In this document: in pieces, positions 10,101 through 16,977 of the stretch
Layout of the letters: every line of letters starts with the position of its first letter
How positions within the stretch are numbered: position 1 is the first letter of the stretch
Program-made: the position numbers and the translations under genes
The notes under the pieces: model-generated
The model's database searches: none
The model's input: the letters and a program-made list of their open reading frames with translations, nothing else
What the model was told of the DNA's origin: nothing
NCBI GenBank assembly: GCA_964632345.1
Contig: CAZWDD010000002.1
Span: 4,827-56,779, forward strand
Length of the DNA stretch: 51,953 bases
Reading direction: 5' to 3'
From: an uncultured Solibacteraceae bacterium
Lineage (GTDB): Bacteria; Acidobacteriota; Terriglobia; Bryobacterales; Bryobacteraceae

Positions 10101-10587
10101 CACTCTGGACGACGGCGGGGTCGAGACGAGCGAGCAGGAGGGGGTTGCGGGACATCTGGGGGAGGTTGGAGACGAGGGCCGCGTCGACGGTGGTTTCGAG
10201 CTTGGAGGTGTTGAACTGGACAGTGCTGGCCTGGTCGCTGACGGTGACGGCTTCGCGGACATCGCCGGGCCGCAGGACGGCGTCGACGGTGATATCGGCT
10301 CGCGATTGGAGGACGATTTTTTCCTGAATAAAGCGCTGGAAGCCGGCGAATTGGACGGTAACGGTGTAGGGGCCGGGAAGGACGAAATCAAACAGATAGC
10401 GTCCGGACTCATTGGTTTCCCGGACACTGGTAACACCGGTCTGGGTATTGGCGAGCGTAACAGTCGCGCCGACGATCGCGGATTGTGAGGTATCGGTTAC
10501 GGAACCCTGCACGCGGCCCCGGTACTCCTGGCTCCACAAAGAAACGGCGGCCAGCCAGATCACGGCAAAAGATGCGGTTGATTTCAC
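7111..10587 (-). CDS. TonB-dependent receptor with N-terminal carboxypeptidase-regulatory-like domain
   Basis: 1158-aa ORF with a GTG start and GGAGGA 6 nt upstream. A signal peptide is followed by a CarboxypepD_reg-like segment (GSVTDTSQSAIVGATVTLANTQTGVTSVRETNESGRYLFDFVLPGPYTV). A long beta-barrel body follows, with a C-terminal aromatic residue (LGLRVEF). Confidence 0.9.
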   Translation of the reverse strand: MKSTASFAVIWLAAVSLWSQEYRGRVQGSVTDTSQSAIVGATVTLANTQTGVTSVRETNESGRYLFDFVLPGPYTVTVQFAGFQRFIQEKIVLQSRADITVDAVLRPGDVREAVTVSDQASTVQFNTSKLETTVDAALVSNLPQMSRNPLLLARLDPAVVQSDTAREVEPYFTWSGNRQQIGGGRDYSNDLQIDGSPIGIGYKTSYMPSPDSVQEVAVQQNAVDAEYGHSSGSAITLTMKSGTNSWHGNTFYQGQYPWANALENRVFRTINLGRIHMGGGTLGNPIKKNKLFNFFSYEQWRKTDPNDFINTVPSDLERQGDFSRSLNAVGGLRTIYDPFTTETSADGRTVTRMPFPGNVIPRSQQDPIAVQYMAGLWNSNRPGQGPYNINNYYVPLPIRYDYHNLSNRVDYIHSDKLRFYGRYSKLWTPVTTSNPTGSEFFVNDRGSQRDATSISGDAVWTVGPATVVNINATYHSFIDASRYASTCEGCWAKYWPNSNFHQTVFGNKVVPELLPRMSIMGTGTGEYWTSMGPRGGTWDQRPNADSVSVKVARQQGRHYLKMGADTRGTRTTSLIVSNNPGFGFQADATSATFVNPDLRTSGDGYATFLLGAIQPAGNGADSWDSGSTSMTTTILPQGQNRFYGMFINDDWKVSRNLTVNLGLRYEYETAYTDPENRLTRPLDLTSPIPEMQGAGAPQMPAELRSFYQGPTTFNGAFQFADAQNRGQWDAGRGGFSPRAGIAYRINDNTSFRVGYGRYLTPWTGGTFNVFDTYYVGFKNVTGAYPAVLGIPSARLRDPFPASQPVVPAYEKSLGRYTSLGDSLSFVAQNRPRSYSDRINFSFQRQLPQNILLDVTYYLNFTGQLVGGFNVNQVDPRVAYQYKDATNKAVPNPFYNFSTVDKFPGALRYQRTVALTSLMRQYPQYGNLNVIDGIQGGRMKYQSLQLRLNRRFGNGYSVLLGYNFARQQDEVFFNDIAAYERNFTWQESDRPRHRITTAATWELPVGRGRAFGSQMPRVLDYAVGGWDLTGLLTWRSGFFTRFGGAVVTGDPLIENPTPGKWFNTAAFQRLPNFTPRENPWQYEGLTNPGLFNLDMSIVKRMPITERYRFEMRMDVFNAANNMTWANPNTNVLSSLFGVTNNQLSATFGRRAQLGLRVEF

Positions 10588-10611
10588 GGCAAGTCCTCCT
10601 AATGGCGGGGG

Positions 10612-10639
10612 AGTATATCACAGACGATTCCCCCGTCAA
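10612..10639 (-). promoter_or_regulatory. sigma70-like promoter of the TonB-receptor/TPR/FG-GAP operon
   Basis: The minus strand reads TTGACG (10639-10634), a 16-nt spacer, then TATACT (10617-10612). This lies 24 nt upstream of the GTG, and the interval contains GGAGGA. The inverted repeat GGGGGA (10607-10612) / TCCCCC (10629-10634) brackets the -10 and spacer. Confidence 0.45.
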
Positions 10640-10693
10640 GGTTAGGATTTGCGAGTACTAAACGGTTTGGCTGGCGGAAGGCGGAAGTTTCGC

Positions 10694-10699
10694 TAGAGT
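10694..10699 (+). promoter_or_regulatory. candidate -10 element TAGAGT, 7 nt before ATG 10707 (leaderless geometry)
   Basis: The sequence is TAGAGT, then ggtggat, then ATG. The hexamer and spacing are identical to those at 18825. Confidence 0.4.
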
Positions 10700-10706
10700 G
10701 GTGGAT

Positions 10707-11996
10707 ATGCGCGTGATCTGGTTGATGGCCGTGGCGGCGGGGTTGATGGCGGAGGAGCACTGGCCGCAGTTCCGGGGGCCGGGGGCAGCGGGAGTGGCCG
10801 ACGGGGCGGATTTCCCGGAGCGGTGGAGCGCGACGGAGAACGTGGCGTGGAAGAGGGAGATTCCGGGCGTGGGATGGTCGTCGCCGGTGGTGTGGGGGGA
10901 CCGGGTATACCTGACGACGGTGGTTTCAACGGGGCCGTTGGAGCAACCGAAAAAGGGGCTGTATTTCGGGGGAAACCGGGGGAAAGTCAGCGATGTGCAC
11001 CGGTACGTGGCGCTGGCGCTGGATGCGAAGACGGGGCGGATTGTGTGGGAGCGGGAGTTGTGGAAGGGCGTGCCGCCGGAGTCGCGGCACCTGAAGAACT
11101 CGTTCGCCTCCGAGACGCCGGCCACCGATGGGGAGCGGGTGTACTTTTACTTCGGGCAGATCGGGCTGTTTGCGCTGGACCGGGAGGGGAAGACGGTGTG
11201 GACGCTGCCGGCAAAGGCGGTGGAGACGCGGTATGGGTGGGGTACGGCGTCGTCGCCGGTCCTGCACAAGGGTCGGCTGTACGTGGTGAACGACAACGAC
11301 ACGGCCAGCTACCTGATGGCGATTGAGGCGAAGACGGGGAAGGTGATCTGGAAGGTGGACCGGGCGGGGGAGAAGTCGAATTGGTCGACGCCGTTTATCT
11401 GGGAGCATGACGGGAAGACGGAGATTGTGACGACGGGGACGGGGAAGAACCGGTCCTACGACCTGGACGGGAAGCTGATCTGGGAGTTCGGCGGGATGAG
11501 TTCGATTGTGATTCCGACGCCGCTGACGAAACACGGGCTGCTGTACCTGGCGTCGGGCTACGTGGGCGACGAGAACCGGCCGGTGTTCGCGGTGAAACCG
11601 GGGGCGAAGGGGACGCTGACGGACGCGCACATTGCGTGGAAGCTGCCGCAGGCGGGGCCGTACAATCCATCGCCGATTGTGTACGGCGACTACTACTACA
11701 CGCTGCTGGACCGGGGCTTCCTGACGTGCCATGACGCGCGGACGGGGAAGGAGATTTACGGGAAGCAGCGGATTGATCCGGCGGCGGGGGCGTTCACGGC
11801 GTCGCCGTGGGCGGCGAACGGGAAGCTGTATCTGCTGAGCGAGGACGGGGACACGTATGTGGTGGAGGCGGGGCCGGCCTACAAGCTGGTGGGCAAGAAC
11901 TCACTGGATGAGTTTGTGATGGCGACGCCGGCGATGGCGGGCGACAGCCTGTACATCCGGACGGCGACGAAGGTGTACCGGATTGCGAAGCGTTAG
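10707..11996 (+). CDS. PQQ-like beta-propeller repeat protein (BamB/PQQ-repeat family), secreted
   Basis: The track ORF starts at GTG 10698. I prefer ATG 10707 (MRVIWLMAVAAGLMAEEHWPQFRGPG) because of the -10-like hexamer 7 nt upstream. Repeated W-x-motif blades (NVAWKREIPGVGWSSPVVWGDRVYL, GRLYVVND, GKLYLLSEDG) are present. Confidence 0.8.
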   Translation: MRVIWLMAVAAGLMAEEHWPQFRGPGAAGVADGADFPERWSATENVAWKREIPGVGWSSPVVWGDRVYLTTVVSTGPLEQPKKGLYFGGNRGKVSDVHRYVALALDAKTGRIVWERELWKGVPPESRHLKNSFASETPATDGERVYFYFGQIGLFALDREGKTVWTLPAKAVETRYGWGTASSPVLHKGRLYVVNDNDTASYLMAIEAKTGKVIWKVDRAGEKSNWSTPFIWEHDGKTEIVTTGTGKNRSYDLDGKLIWEFGGMSSIVIPTPLTKHGLLYLASGYVGDENRPVFAVKPGAKGTLTDAHIAWKLPQAGPYNPSPIVYGDYYYTLLDRGFLTCHDARTGKEIYGKQRIDPAAGAFTASPWAANGKLYLLSEDGDTYVVEAGPAYKLVGKNSLDEFVMATPAMAGDSLYIRTATKVYRIAKR

Positions 11997-12900
11997 GGAA
12001 CTGGAGACGCTGGAGTTCGGAGCGGCGCTGTGCGCGGTGAACCCGGCGGAGGTGGCGCGGCGGGACGGGGCGTTTTATGCGCGGCATCCGCTGTTCCCGG
12101 AGGCGCGGTGCGAGCGGGCGGTAGCGCTGGCGCGGGAGTTTTTCGCACTGCCAGAGGAGGAGAAGCAGGCGCTCTCGATGGCTGGGTCGGCGCATTTCCG
12201 CGGGTATAGCGAGATGCGCGGGGAGCGCGACTGGCGGGAACAGATCCATTTCGGGCGGGAGGAGGAGGCGGCGGCGGGGGAAGCGTACGACAGGCTGCGG
12301 GGGCCGAACCGGTGGCCGCGGGATGCGGAGTGGCGGGCGGAGTTACTGGCGCTGCTGGCGGACATGGATCAGGCGGCGCGGGACGTTCTGCAGCGGCTAT
12401 GGTACGCGGGGGTGGACGAGCACGGCTATCAACTGCTGAAGCTGATCCGGTATCACGCGGCGGCGGAGGCGGCGCGGCCGGGCGTGGCGGCGCATGTAGA
12501 CTTCAGCTGGATTACGCTGCTGCTGCAGGACGATACGGGCGGGCTGGAGATACGGACGCCGGAGGGAGAGTGGGTGGCGGCGCCGCGGCGGGCGGGGACG
12601 GTGCTGGTAACGCTGGGCGAGATACTGGAGTTCACGAGCGGGGGCGAGTTCCGGGCGACGCCGCACCGGGTGACGGCCGGGGCACGGGGGCGGATATCGA
12701 TTCCGTACTTTCTGAACCCGGCGCTCGATACGGTGCTGGGGCCGGGGCGGTGGCGAACGGTGCCGAAGGCGGAGGGGGAGCATGTGCACCGGGTATTTGT
12801 GGAGGCGCCGGAGGGACCGATTGTGTTCGGGGAGGAGGAGTGGCGGCGGAAGGGGATGGGGGTGTGGTGCGGGGCGTGCTGTCAGCCGGGGGAGAGTTGA
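11983..12900 (+). CDS. 2-oxoglutarate/Fe(II)-dependent oxygenase (isopenicillin-N-synthase-like)
   Basis: 305-aa ORF with a TTG start that overlaps the upstream stop, so the start is uncertain. The motifs HVDFSWITLLLQD, GGLEIRTPEGEWV and RATPHRV match the H-x-D...H...R-x-S/T facial-triad pattern. Confidence 0.8.
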   Translation: MRSVRELETLEFGAALCAVNPAEVARRDGAFYARHPLFPEARCERAVALAREFFALPEEEKQALSMAGSAHFRGYSEMRGERDWREQIHFGREEEAAAGEAYDRLRGPNRWPRDAEWRAELLALLADMDQAARDVLQRLWYAGVDEHGYQLLKLIRYHAAAEAARPGVAAHVDFSWITLLLQDDTGGLEIRTPEGEWVAAPRRAGTVLVTLGEILEFTSGGEFRATPHRVTAGARGRISIPYFLNPALDTVLGPGRWRTVPKAEGEHVHRVFVEAPEGPIVFGEEEWRRKGMGVWCGACCQPGES

Positions 12901-13670
12901 AATAGGCGGTCGGGATCGGCGTGGGGGGCGAAGACGGGTTTGCCGCGGTAGGTGAAGCGTTCGCGGGTTTCGTGCTCGGCCCAGGTGAGGGCGGCCTTGA
13001 GGGCGGTACGGACGACGTCGCCGCGGGAGGAGGAGGCGGGGATGTGCCATTTGCGGCCGGTGAATTCGGCGGGCTGGCCGGTGGCGGCGCAGGGGAGGGT
13101 GGAGGAGAGATGGAGCAGGAAGCCGTCGTCGAGGGGAGCGGCGTGGAAGCGGCAGGCGTCGAAGCGGATTTCGTCGAGAATCTGCTGGAGAGTGGCGAGA
13201 GTGAGGGTGGCGGCGCGGGAGTGGACGAGGGCGATGGCGTGGCGGATGGCGGCTTGGACCGTGGGGTGAACGGGGACGCGGTGGTGGCGGGCCATGGTGC
13301 GGAGGAAGAGGCGGCCGCGGTTGAGGTCGGCGGCTTCCGAGGGGGAGACGGCGTGGCCTTCGATGACGGCGCCGGGCGGGATGTCGGCGATGGCAAGCGC
13401 GAGGGGGCGGCCGGCGGCGAGATAGTAGGCGACTTCGGCGACGGTGGCGACGCCGCGGGTTTCGCCGTTGAGGACGAAGACGAGGACCTCGGCGGCGTCC
13501 TTGGCGAGCATTTCGGCGGCCTCCATGGCGGGGGTCCAGGCGCCGGGCGGGAGCTGGGGGTTGCAGTAGGAGATGCCAGCGGCTTCCAGCGCTGGGACGG
13601 CGACATCCTGGCGCCAGGTGGAGACGCCGCTGGCGCCGCCGAGGAAGACCTGACCAGAGAGGACTGACAT
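12882..13670 (-). CDS. nucleoside 2-deoxyribosyltransferase-like domain protein with an uncharacterised C-terminal domain
   Basis: 262-aa ORF. The N-terminal 150 aa (VFLGGASGVSTWRQDVAVPALEAAGISYCNPQ..W..E..AEVLVFVLNGETRGVATVAEVAYYLAAGRPL) fits the Nuc_deoxyri_tr2-type Rossmann pattern. The C-terminal ~110 aa are not recognisable. Confidence 0.6.
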   Translation of the reverse strand: MSVLSGQVFLGGASGVSTWRQDVAVPALEAAGISYCNPQLPPGAWTPAMEAAEMLAKDAAEVLVFVLNGETRGVATVAEVAYYLAAGRPLALAIADIPPGAVIEGHAVSPSEAADLNRGRLFLRTMARHHRVPVHPTVQAAIRHAIALVHSRAATLTLATLQQILDEIRFDACRFHAAPLDDGFLLHLSSTLPCAATGQPAEFTGRKWHIPASSSRGDVVRTALKAALTWAEHETRERFTYRGKPVFAPHADPDRLFQLSPG

Positions 13671-13703
13671 AGCCTTACTGGCGCGAAACGGGGCGCGAGC
13701 GCC

Positions 13704-15374
13704 TCACCCCTTCTTCTGCTTGCGCTTCTTCTGCTGCTGTTGCTGCTGGGGCGGGAGCCAGCTTTGCCAGGGGACGACGAGGGAACGATCGGCCCAGGCC
13801 TGCCATTTCTGCGACATCATTTCGACGCGGGCGGTTTCGCGGGCGGCGAGGTTGTTGACCTCGGTACGGTCGGTATCGATGTCATAGAGTTCCCAGGGGC
13901 CGCCGTGTTTTTTGACGAGCTTCCACTTGCCCATGCGGATGGCCTGGTTGCCTTCGTGCTCCCAATAGATTGCCTCGTGTCCGGGGCGCTGGCGGCCCTC
14001 GAAGACGGGGCGGAGGCTCTTGCCTTCGAGAGGGGTGATGCGGTTGCCCTGGAAGGTGGCGGGATACTGCGCGCCGGCGAGATCGACGCAGGTGGCCATG
14101 ATGTCGATGAGGTGGCCGGGCTGGGAGGTGAGGGCGTTGCGGCCCTTGACGCCGCGGGGCCAGTGGGCGATGAGGGGGCTGGAGATGCCGCCTTCGTGGA
14201 CCCAGTGTTTGTAGAGGCGGAAGGGGGTATTGGAGGCGTGGGCCCATTCGGGGCCGTAGCTCTGGTAGGTGTCGGCCGCGCCGGGCATGACGGAGGCGTC
14301 GTTGCCGACCTGGACGGGGCGGCCGTCGCGGGTTTTGACGGGGCGGATGGAGGTATTGGGATTGTTGTCGTTGGCGTTGCGGGGGGCCATGCCTTCGGCG
14401 CAGCCGCCGTTATCGGCGAGGAAGAGAATGAGGGTATTGTCGAGCTGGTTTTTGGCCTTGAGGGCGGCGACGATTTTGCCGACGGCCTGATCGAGATGGT
14501 CGATCATGGCGGCGTAGACGGCCATGCGGCGGATGTGCCACTCCTTGTTGGGAACGTCGTTCCAGGCGGGGATGTCGGGATCGCGGGGGGAGAGTTCGGT
14601 GTTGGAGTTGACGACCTTGAGGCGTTTCATGCGGGCGAGGCGTTCGAGGCGGAGGGCGTCCCAGCCAGCGCGGTAGCGGTCCTTGTATTTGGCGATGGTG
14701 GCCTCGGGGGCGTGCATGGGCCAGTGGGGAGCGGTGAAGGCGACATAGAGGAAGAAGGGGGCGGCGGGGGCGGCGGGGCCGGCGAGTTCATCGATGTAGC
14801 GGGCGGCGTTTGTGCCGAGTTCGTCGGTGTAGTAGAAATCGGGCTTGTCGGGCTGGATGGGGGTGTTGTCGCGGGTGAGGGAGAGGGGATCAAAGAAGCT
14901 GCCGGCGCCGGCGATGGTGCCGAAGAATTTTTCGAAGCCGCGCTGGAGGGGCCAGTTGTGGTTGTCGGCGGTTTGGGGGGTGACGTGCCATTTGCCGGTC
15001 ATGGCCGTGCGGTAGCCGGCGGAGCGCAGGACTTCGGCGATGGTGACACAGGAGCGGCTGAGATCGCCGCGGTAGCCGGGGCGGTTGTAGTCGTTCATCA
15101 TGTGGCCGATGCCGGCCTGGTGGGGGTAGAGGCCGGTGAGGAGGGAGGCGCGGGTGGGGCAGCAACGGGCGGTGTTGTAGAACTGGGTGAAGCGGAGGCC
15201 GTTGCGGGCGAGGGCGTCGAGATTAGGGGTGGGGATCTCACTGCCGTAGGGACCGATGTCGGAGAAGCCCATGTCGTCGGCCATCATCACGATGATGTTT
15301 GGGCGCGGCGCGGGGGCCTGGGCGGCGAGGGCAGGGGCGGCGAAGGCCGCGCGGAGGAAGTCTCTACGTTGCAC
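13704..15374 (-). CDS. arylsulfatase (Cys-type, formylglycine-dependent), TAT-exported
   Basis: 556-aa ORF with a GTG start and twin-arginine signal MQRRDFLRAAFAAPALAAQA. It has NIIVMMADDMGFSD, the C-x-P-x-R motif (CCPTRASLLTG), and the C-terminal tail PPQQQQQQKKRKQKKG. Confidence 0.9.
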   Translation of the reverse strand: MQRRDFLRAAFAAPALAAQAPAPRPNIIVMMADDMGFSDIGPYGSEIPTPNLDALARNGLRFTQFYNTARCCPTRASLLTGLYPHQAGIGHMMNDYNRPGYRGDLSRSCVTIAEVLRSAGYRTAMTGKWHVTPQTADNHNWPLQRGFEKFFGTIAGAGSFFDPLSLTRDNTPIQPDKPDFYYTDELGTNAARYIDELAGPAAPAAPFFLYVAFTAPHWPMHAPEATIAKYKDRYRAGWDALRLERLARMKRLKVVNSNTELSPRDPDIPAWNDVPNKEWHIRRMAVYAAMIDHLDQAVGKIVAALKAKNQLDNTLILFLADNGGCAEGMAPRNANDNNPNTSIRPVKTRDGRPVQVGNDASVMPGAADTYQSYGPEWAHASNTPFRLYKHWVHEGGISSPLIAHWPRGVKGRNALTSQPGHLIDIMATCVDLAGAQYPATFQGNRITPLEGKSLRPVFEGRQRPGHEAIYWEHEGNQAIRMGKWKLVKKHGGPWELYDIDTDRTEVNNLAARETARVEMMSQKWQAWADRSLVVPWQSWLPPQQQQQQKKRKQKKG

Positions 15375-15380
15375 CGGGCC

Positions 15381-15386
15381 ATTTTA
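15381..15386 (-). promoter_or_regulatory. candidate -10 element TAAAAT, 6 nt before GTG 15374 (leaderless geometry)
   Basis: The minus strand reads TAAAAT, then ggcccg, then GTG. Confidence 0.35.
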
Positions 15387-15457
15387 TTGCATTGGAGACG
15401 GGGCTAAGGGAGACGCCCGATGGACAGCGGGGCAGGGGTCTGGCATTCTGTGGGGGC

Positions 15458-15664
15458 ATGAACAGGTCTGGACGGAATCGGGGGCTGGCGTGGGCCGGCA
15501 CGGCGCTGATTGGGATGGGCGCGGTGCAGGCGGGTGGGGCGCTGTACTTGTGCGTGGGCGGGGGCGTGGACGGGATATTGAGCCCGGTGGCGGCGGTGGC
15601 GGCGGCGTGGCCGGTAGCGGCGCTGCTGTGTTTTCTGGGCGGGCGGCTGAGACAAACGGCGTAG
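15458..15664 (+). CDS. small hypothetical membrane protein (68 aa)
   Basis: Internal ATG of track ORF 15299..15664. The product is MNRSGRNRGLAWAGTALIGMGAVQAGGALYLCVGGGV...AAWPVAALLCFLGGRL, with two hydrophobic segments. Its G-ending codon bias matches local + strand genes. There is no family evidence. Confidence 0.35.
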   Translation: MNRSGRNRGLAWAGTALIGMGAVQAGGALYLCVGGGVDGILSPVAAVAAAWPVAALLCFLGGRLRQTA

Positions 15665-15683
15665 CGTCCGCGCGTATAGGGGT

Positions 15684-16052
15684 ATGTGGCCCCGGATTGT
15701 ATTGGGTATCGCGGTGGCGATCCTGCTGTTCGCCGGGGGCGCGGTGTGGCCGCAGCCGGAGCGGCGCGGGCTGGACGCCATTATCTGGAAGGCGATCCTG
15801 GTGGTGATGACCGGGCTGGGGTGGGCGCTGGGGGCTGTACCGGCGGCGGTGGCGGCGCGACGCGAGGGGTGGTGGGTGGTGGCGGTTTACCTGTGCGCGG
15901 GGGCGGCGGCGACGGCGTTGGTGGACTATGGCGGAGGCCGGCTGGCAGGGCCGTTGGCGCGGACGGGGGCGCTGGCGGCGGGCATCGGAGCGCCGCTGGC
16001 GGCCGGATGGTGGCTACTGGCGCTGCTGCGAAGGGATTCCCCAGGCGGGTGA
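15684..16052 (+). CDS. hypothetical integral membrane protein (122 aa)
   Basis: ATG start. Three to four hydrophobic helices (IVLGIAVAILLFAGGAV, AILVVMTGLGWALGAV, WWVVAVYLCAGAAATALV, GAPLAAGWWLLALL). The codon bias matches neighbouring genes. There is no family evidence. Confidence 0.4.
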   Translation: MWPRIVLGIAVAILLFAGGAVWPQPERRGLDAIIWKAILVVMTGLGWALGAVPAAVAARREGWWVVAVYLCAGAAATALVDYGGGRLAGPLARTGALAAGIGAPLAAGWWLLALLRRDSPGG

Positions 16053-16061
16053 AGAGAGGCA

Positions 16062-16067
16062 TACACT
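16062..16067 (+). promoter_or_regulatory. candidate -10 element TACACT, 7 nt before ATG 16075 (leaderless geometry)
   Basis: The sequence is TACACT, then atgcggt, then ATG. Confidence 0.35.
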
Positions 16068-16074
16068 ATGCGGT

Positions 16075-16977
16075 ATGCTTTCGCGCCGCAGTCTACTCAC
16101 CACCGCGCTTGCGGGGGCGGCGGGCGCCGCTCCGCGGCTGATTATCGACACGCACCTGGAGGTGTGGACGGACGACCCGAAGTTCCCGTTCGCGCATCCG
16201 GAGCGGCCGGATTTGAAACGGGTGGCGGTGCAGGCGCCGATTGAGAATCAGGTGCAGCAGATGAAGGATTTCGGGCTGCGGTACGCGGTACTGATCAACC
16301 CGCGGTACTTCGGCTGGGACAACTCCTACATCTCGTATTCGCTGCACAAGCATCCGGAACTGTTCGTGGCGCACGGGCTGGTGAATCCGCTGGACCCGAA
16401 GGTGCATGAGCGGCTGCGGTACTGGGTGAAGGAGCACGGCTTCCAGGGAATGCGGTTCAGCCCGATCTATCATCCGAAATCGACGTGGTTGAACTCCAAG
16501 GAGCACTATCCGCTGTGGAAGGAAGCCGAGCGGCTGGGAGCGGTGTTCAACTACTACATCCTGCCGCACCAGATGCCGATGCTCGAAGAGATGTGCGGGC
16601 GGTTTCCGGGGGTGAAAGTGGTGATCGACCACGCGGGGAAGCCGGACCTGAAGCTGGCCGATCCGTGGCCGGAGTTCCGGAAGATGTTCCGGCTGAAGAA
16701 GTTCAAGCAGGTGTGGATTTCGAACTCCGAGCCGTATGAGATGACGGAGTTGAAGAAGTATCCGTATGAGGATACGTGGCCGTTTTATAAGGCGATTTAT
16801 GAAGAGTTCGGCGGGCGGCAGATCATCTGGGGCACGGGGTATCCGCGGCCGCGGTGGGAACTGCCAATGGATAAAGAACTGGAGTTTGTGGACAAGTACT
16901 GTTCCTTCTACACGGAAGAGGACCGGCGCCTGATCCTTGGTGAAAACGCATTGCGAATCTGGAGGTTTCCGAAATGA
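16075..16977 (+). CDS. amidohydrolase-2 family TIM-barrel hydrolase (lactonase/decarboxylase type), with export signal
   Basis: Track ORF 15928..16977 trimmed to ATG 16075 (MLSRRSLLTTALAGAAGAAP). The motifs IIDTHLEVW and VVIDHAGKP fit the metal-ligand pattern of Amidohydro_2. An ATGA overlap with the next gene lies at 16974-16977. Confidence 0.8.
   Translation: MLSRRSLLTTALAGAAGAAPRLIIDTHLEVWTDDPKFPFAHPERPDLKRVAVQAPIENQVQQMKDFGLRYAVLINPRYFGWDNSYISYSLHKHPELFVAHGLVNPLDPKVHERLRYWVKEHGFQGMRFSPIYHPKSTWLNSKEHYPLWKEAERLGAVFNYYILPHQMPMLEEMCGRFPGVKVVIDHAGKPDLKLADPWPEFRKMFRLKKFKQVWISNSEPYEMTELKKYPYEDTWPFYKAIYEEFGGRQIIWGTGYPRPRWELPMDKELEFVDKYCSFYTEEDRRLILGENALRIWRFPK

Noticed and set aside
13671-13703. 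A possible terminator between the sulfatase gene and the deoxyribosyltransferase-like gene.
   Set aside because: Only short GC palindromes (GGCGC...GCGCC, 5 bp with a long loop) are present, with no U-tract. The two genes are more likely co-transcribed.
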